Positions 58,471-64,000 of a DNA stretch of 64,000 nucleotides are shown here, one piece after another. The position numbers were made by a program, and so were the translations under genes. The notes under the pieces were generated by a model. The model did no database searches. It was not told the DNA's origin and was given only the letters and a program-made list of their open reading frames with translations. Each line of letters begins with the position of its first letter. Position 1 is the stretch's first letter. The DNA is from Eledone cirrhosa. Lineage: Eukaryota. The stretch is from positions 119,846,001 through 119,910,000 of the forward strand of contig OZ024744.1 of NCBI GenBank assembly GCA_964016885.1, read 5' to 3'.

Positions 58471-60304
58471 TTCAGAGATTCTTTCCTGAGATATTCTAAC
58501 CACATGTCATAGTTACAGAGCTGTGATCTCTCTATTCAGAGATTCTTTCTTGAGACATTCTAACTCCATGTCCACAGTATCAGAGCTGTGATCTCTCAAT
58601 TTAGAGATTCTTTCCTGAGATATTCTAACTACATGTCATAGTATCAGAGCTGTGATCTCTCAATTTAGAGATTCTTTCAAGAGATATTCTAACCACATGT
58701 CATAGTATCAGAGCTGTGATCTCTCAATTCAGAGATTCTTTCCTGAGACATTCTAACCACATGTAATAGTATTAGATCTGTGATCTCTCAATTTAGAGAT
58801 TCTTTCCTGAGACATTGTAACTCCATGTCCACAGTATCAGAGCTGTGATCTCTCAATTTAGAGATTCTTTCCTGAGACATTCTAACCACATGTCATAGGA
58901 TCAGATTTGTGACCTCTCAATTCAGAGATTCTTTCCTGAGACATTCTAACCACATGTCTGTAGTATCAGAGCTGTATGCTCTCAATTCAGAGATTCTTTC
59001 CTGAGACATTCTAACCACATGTCATAGGATCAGATTTGTGACCTCTCTATTCAGAGATTCTTTCCTGAGACATTCTAACCACATGTCTGTAGTATCAGAG
59101 CTGTATGCTCTCAATTCAGAGATTCTTTCCTGAGACATTCTAACCACATGTCATAGTATCGGAGCTGTGATCTCTCAATTCAGAGATTCTTTCCTGAGAC
59201 ATTCTAACCACATGTAATAGTATTAGATCTGTGATCTCTCAATTTAGAGATTCTTTCCTGAGACATTCTAAGTCCATGTCCACATTATCAGAGCTGTGAT
59301 CTCTCAATTTAGAGATTCTTTCCTGAGATATTCTAACCACATGCCATAGTATTAGAGATGTGATCTCTCAATTCAGAGATTCTTTCCTGAGACATTCTAA
59401 CCACATGTCATAGTATCTGAGCTGTTATCTCTCAATTCAGAGATTCTTTCCTGAGACATTCTAACCACATGGCATAGTATCAGAGCTGTGATATCTCAAT
59501 TCAGAGATTCTTTCCTGAGATATTCTAACCACATGTCATAGCATCAGAGCTGTGATCTCTCAATTCAGATATTCTTTCCTGAGACATTCTAACCACATGT
59601 CATAGGATCAGACTTGTGATCTCTCAATTCAGAGATTCTTTCCTGAGATATTCTAACCACATGTCATAGTATCAGAGCTGTGACCTCTCAATTCAGAGAT
59701 TCTTTCCTGAGACATTCTAACCACATGTCTGTAGTATCAGAGCTGTATGCTCTCAATTCAGAGATTCTTTCCTGAGACATTCTAACCACATGTCATAATA
59801 TCAGAGCTGTTATCTCTCAATTCAGAGATTCTTTCCTGAGACATTCTAACCACATGGCATAGTATCGGAGCTGTGATATCTCAATTCAGAGATTCTTTCC
59901 TGAGATATTCTAACCACATGTCATAGTATCAGAGCTGTGATCTCTCAATTCAGATATTCTTTCCTGAGACATTCTAACCACATGTCATAGGATCAGAGTT
60001 GTGATCTCTCAATTCAGAGATTCTTTCCTGAGATATTCTAACCACATGTCATAGTATTAGAGCTGTGATCTCTCAATTCCGAGATTCTTTCCTGAGACAT
60101 TCTAACCACATGTCTGTAGTATCAGAGCTGTATGCTCTCAATTCAGAGATTCTTTCCAGAGACATTCTAACCACATGTCATAGTATCGGAGCTGTGATCT
60201 CTCAATTCAGAGATTCTTTCCTGAGACATTCTAACCACATGTCATAGTATCAGAGCTGTGATATCTCAATTCAGAGATTCTTTCCTGACACATTCTAACC
60301 ACAA

Positions 60305-63195
60305 GTCATAGTATCAGAGCTGTGATCTCTCAATTTAGATATTCTTTCGTGAGATATTCTAACCACATGTCATAGTATTAGAGCTGTGATCTCTCAATTC
60401 AGAGATTCTTTCCTGAGACTTTCTAACCACATGTCTGTAGTATCAGAGCTGTATGCTCTCAATTCAGAGATTCTTTCCAGAGACATTCTAACCCCATGTC
60501 ATAGTATCAGAGCTGTCATCTCTCAATTCAGAGATTCTTTCCTGAGACATTCTAACCACATGTCATAGTATCAGAGCTGTGATATCTCAATTCAGAGATT
60601 CTTTCCTGACACATTCTAGCCACATGTCATAGTATCAGAGCTGTGATCTCTCAATTTAGATATTCTTTCCTGAGATATTCTAACCACATGTCATAGTATT
60701 AGAGCTGTGATCCCTCAATTCAGAGATTCTTTCCTGAGACATTCTAACCACATGTCTGTAGTATCAGAGCTGTATGCTCTCAATTCAGAGATTCTTTCCT
60801 GAGACATTCTAACCACATGTCATAGTATCGGAGCTGTGATCTCTCAATTCAGAGATTCTTTCCTGAGATATTCTAACCACATATCATAGTATCAGAGCTG
60901 TGATATCTCAATTCAGAGATTCTTTCCTGAGATATTCTAACCACATGTCATAGTTACAGAGCTGTGATCTCTCTATTCAGAGATTCTTTCTTGAGACATT
61001 CTAACTCCATGTCCACAGTATCAGAGCTGTGATCTCTCAATTTAGAGATTCTTTCCTGAGATATTCTAACTACATGTCATAGTATCAGAGCTGTGATCTC
61101 TCAATTTAGATATTCTTTCGTGAGATATTCTAACCACATGTCATAGTATTAGAGCTGTGATCTCTCAATTCAGAGATTCTTTCCTGAGACTTTCTAACCA
61201 CATGTCTGTAGTATCAGAGCTGTATGCTCTCAATTCAGAGATTCTTTCCAGAGACATTCTAACCACATGTCATAGTATCGGAACTGTGATCTCTCAATTC
61301 AGAGATTCTTTCCTGAGACATTCTAACCACATGTCATAGTATCAGAGCTGTGATATCTCAATTCAGAGATTCTTTCCTGACACATTCTAGCCACATGTCA
61401 TAGTATCAGAGCTGTGATCTCTCAATTTAGATATTCTTTCCTGAGATATTCTAACCACATGTCATAGTATTAGAGCTGTGATCCCTCAATTCAGAGATTC
61501 TTTCCTGAGACATTCTAACCACATGTCTGTAGTATCAGAGCTGTATGCTCTCAATTCAGAGATTCTTTCCTGAGACATTCTAACCACATGTCATAGTATC
61601 GGAGCTGTGATCTCTCAATTCAGAGATTCTTTCCTGAGATATTCTAACCACATATCATAGTATCAGAGCTGTGATATCTCAATTCAGAGATTCTTTCCTG
61701 AGATATTCTAACCACATGTCATAGTTACAGAGCTGTGATCTCTCTATTCAGAGATTCTTTCTTGAGACATTCTAACTCCATGTCCACAGTATCAGAGCTG
61801 TGATCTCTCAATTTAGAGATTCTTTCCTGAGATATTCTAACTACATGTCATAGTATCAGAGCTGTGATCTCTCAATTTAGATATTCTTTCGTGAGATATT
61901 CTAACCACATGTCATAGTATTAGAGCTGTGATCTCTCAATTCAGAGATTCTTTCCTGAGACTTTCTAACCACATGTCTGTAGTATCAGAGCTGTATGCTC
62001 TCAATTCAGAGATTCTTTCCAGAGACATTCTAACCACATGTCATAGTATCGGAACTGTGATCTCTCAATTCAGAGATTCTTTCCTGAGACATTCTAACCA
62101 CATGTCATAGTATCAGAGCTGTGATATCTCAATTCAGAGATTCTTTCCTGACACATTCTAGCCACATGTCATAGTATCAGAGCTGTGATCTCTCAATTTA
62201 GATATTCTTTCCTGAGATATTCTAACCACATGTCATAGTATTAGAGCTGTGATCCCTCAATTCAGAGATTCTTTCCTGAGACATTCTAACCACATGTCTG
62301 TAGTATCAGAGCTGTATGCTCTCAATTCAGAGATTCTTTCCTGAGACATTCTAACCACATGTCATAGTATCGGAGCTGTGATCTCTCAATTCAGAGATTC
62401 TTTCCTGAGATATTCTAACCACATATCATAGTATCAGAGCTGTGATATCTCAATTCAGAGATTCTTTCCTGAGATATTCTAACCACATGTCATAGTTACA
62501 GAGCTGTGATCTCTCTATTCAGAGATTCTTTCTTGAGACATTCTAACTCCATGTCCACAGTATCAGAGCTGTGATCTCTCAATTTAGAGATTCTTTCCTG
62601 AGATATTCTAACTACATGTCATAGTATCAGAGCTGTGATCTCTCAATTTAGATATTCTTTCGTGAGATATTCTAACCACATGTCATAGTATTAGAGCTGT
62701 GATCTCTCAATTCAGAGATTCTTTCCTGAGACTTTCTAACCACATGTCTGTAGTATCAGAGCTGTATGCTCTCAATTCAGAGATTCTTTCCAGAGACATT
62801 CTAACCACATGTCATAGTATCGGAACTGTGATCTCTCAATTCAGAGATTCTTTCCTGAGACATTCTAACCACATGTCATAGTATCAGAGCTGTGATATCT
62901 CAATTCAGAGATTCTTTCCTGACACATTCTAGCCACATGTCATAGTATCAGAGCTGTGATCTCTCAATTTAGATATTCTTTCCTGAGATATTCTAACCAC
63001 ATGTCATAGTATTAGAGCTGTGATCCCTCAATTCAGAGATTCTTTCCTGAGACATTCTAACCACATGTCTGTAGTATCAGAGCTGTATGCTCTCAATTCA
63101 GAGATTCTTTCCTGAGACATTCTAACCACATGTCATAGTATCGGAGCTGTGATCTCTCAATTCAGAGATTCTTTCCTGAGATATTCTAACCACAT
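60305..63195 (+). repeat. 12-monomer higher-order repeat (771 bp), about 3.75 tandem copies
   Basis: ORF-track hits at 60386, 61157, 61928 and 62699 (period 771 = 12x64+3). Markers tttcgtgag, gagactttct, atccctc, acatatcat and agttacag recur at the same period. Confidence 0.92.
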
Positions 63196-64000
63196 GTCAT
63201 AGTTACAGAGCTGTGATCTCTCTATTCAGAGATTCTTTCTTGAGACATTCTAACTCCATGTCCACAGTATCAGAGCTGTGATCTCTCAATTTAGAGATTC
63301 TTTCCTGAGATATTCTAACTACATGTCATAGTATCAGAGCTGTGATCTCTCAATTTAGAAGTTCTTTCAAGAGATATTCTAACCACATGTCATAGTATCA
63401 GAGCTGTGATCTCTCAATTTAGAGATTCTTTCCTGAGATATTCTAACCACATGCCATAGTATTAGAGATGTGATCTCTCAATTCAGAGATTCTTTCCTGA
63501 GACATTCTAACCACATGTCATAGTATCTGAGCTGTTATCTCTCAATTCAGAGATTCTTTCCTGAGACATTCTAACCACATGTCATAGGATCAGAGTTGTG
63601 ATCTCTCAATTCAGAGATTCTTTCCTGAGATATTCTAACCACATGTCATAGTATTAGAGCTGTGATCTCTCAATTCCGAGATTCTTTCCTGAGACATTCT
63701 AACCACATGTCTGTAGTATCAGAGCTGTATGCTCTCAATTCAGAGATTCTTTCCAGAGACATTCTAACCACATGTCATAGTATCGGAGCTGTGATCTCTC
63801 AATTCAGAGATTCTTTCCTGAGACATTCTAACCACATGTCATAGTATCAGAGCTGTGATATCTCAATTCAGAGATTCTTTCCTGACACATTCTAACCACA
63901 AGTCATAGTATCAGAGCTGTGATCTCTCAATTTAGATATTCTTTCGTGAGATATTCTAACCACATGTCATAGTATTAGAGCTGTGATCTCTCAATTCAGA

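Larger units (their letters stand above)
1..64000 (+). repeat. Tandem satellite array, 64-bp monomer, about 1000 copies, single orientation, running off both window ends
   Basis: Consensus gtatcagagc tgtgatctct caattcagag attctttcct gagacattct aaccacatgt cata (64 nt; A18 C15 G10 T21) recurs continuously, typically with 0-4 substitutions per copy. Recurrent length variants of 62, 65, 67 and 68 bp occur. No non-repeat sequence seen. Confidence 0.99.

Noticed and set aside
34356-63844. Sixteen near-identical 60-aa ORFs (MISQFRDSFLRHSNHMS...)
   Set aside because: Each starts at the GTG of the satellite's gtgatc and spans about 3 monomers where variants (tctgtag +1, gtatgc, ccagag) happen to remove stop codons. 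The peptide is just the repeat read in alternating frames, it sits at the length cutoff, and there is no promoter, RBS or unique context. The ORFs are useful only as position markers.
1-64000. CRISPR array or repeat-spacer system (partly palindromic unit, about 64-bp period)
   Set aside because: The period is CRISPR-like, but every position of the 64-mer is conserved between units. There are no unique spacers, no leader and no cas genes.
1-64000. Tandem tRNA, 5S, snRNA or other ncRNA gene cluster
   Set aside because: No cloverleaf, Pol III A/B box match or recognisable RNA family. Stems are only 4-6 bp. Satellite transcription cannot be judged from sequence.
1-64000. Transposon insertion, strand switch, telomeric repeat or G-quadruplex island within the array
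   Set aside because: None seen on reading through. There are no reverse-complement monomers, poly(A) tails, TIRs/TSDs or G-runs longer than 3.
1-64000. Fixed dimeric (128-bp) or trimeric (192-bp) unit suggested by the common gagaCatt/gagaTatt alternation
   Set aside because: The C/T states alternate only irregularly, with runs of either state. No array-wide period above 64 bp is evident.
1-64000. Regular GATC, AGCT, CATG and AATT sites as a bacterial methylation, iteron or origin signal; CENP-B box
   Set aside because: One site per monomer is a trivial consequence of the repeat, and nothing indicates a prokaryotic replicon. No CENP-B box core (TTCG....A..CGGG) was seen.

Overview
The whole 64 kb window is one uninterrupted head-to-tail satellite array of about 1000 copies of a 64-bp monomer, all in the same orientation. 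The consensus is GTATCAGAGCTGTGATCTCTCAATTCAGAGATTCTTTCCTGAGA(C/T)ATTCTAACCACATGTCATA (about 39% GC, no CpG). I see no genes, RNA genes, transposon insertions, CRISPR spacers or unique sequence, and the 16 listed 60-aa ORFs are by-products of the repeat. It looks like eukaryotic heterochromatic or (peri)centromeric satellite, but I cannot identify the organism or family from the sequence. The interesting signal is internal. (1) The monomer is tiled by three short dyad symmetries. (2) Several complex variants look templated: a 67-bp monomer with an 8-nt micro-inversion forming a new hairpin, a 68-bp monomer with a deletion plus templated insertion, and single changes that perfect the palindromes. 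(3) There is no single fixed higher-order repeat, but a nested set of local duplications with offsets of 129, 198, 320/321, 638, 771, 1933, 2438, 3465, 3780, 4434, 5015 and 7645 bp. (4) Diagnostic variants turn over from left to right in layers. All offsets were measured by eye from marker variants, and block boundaries are approximate. I found no evidence for a new protein-coding system.
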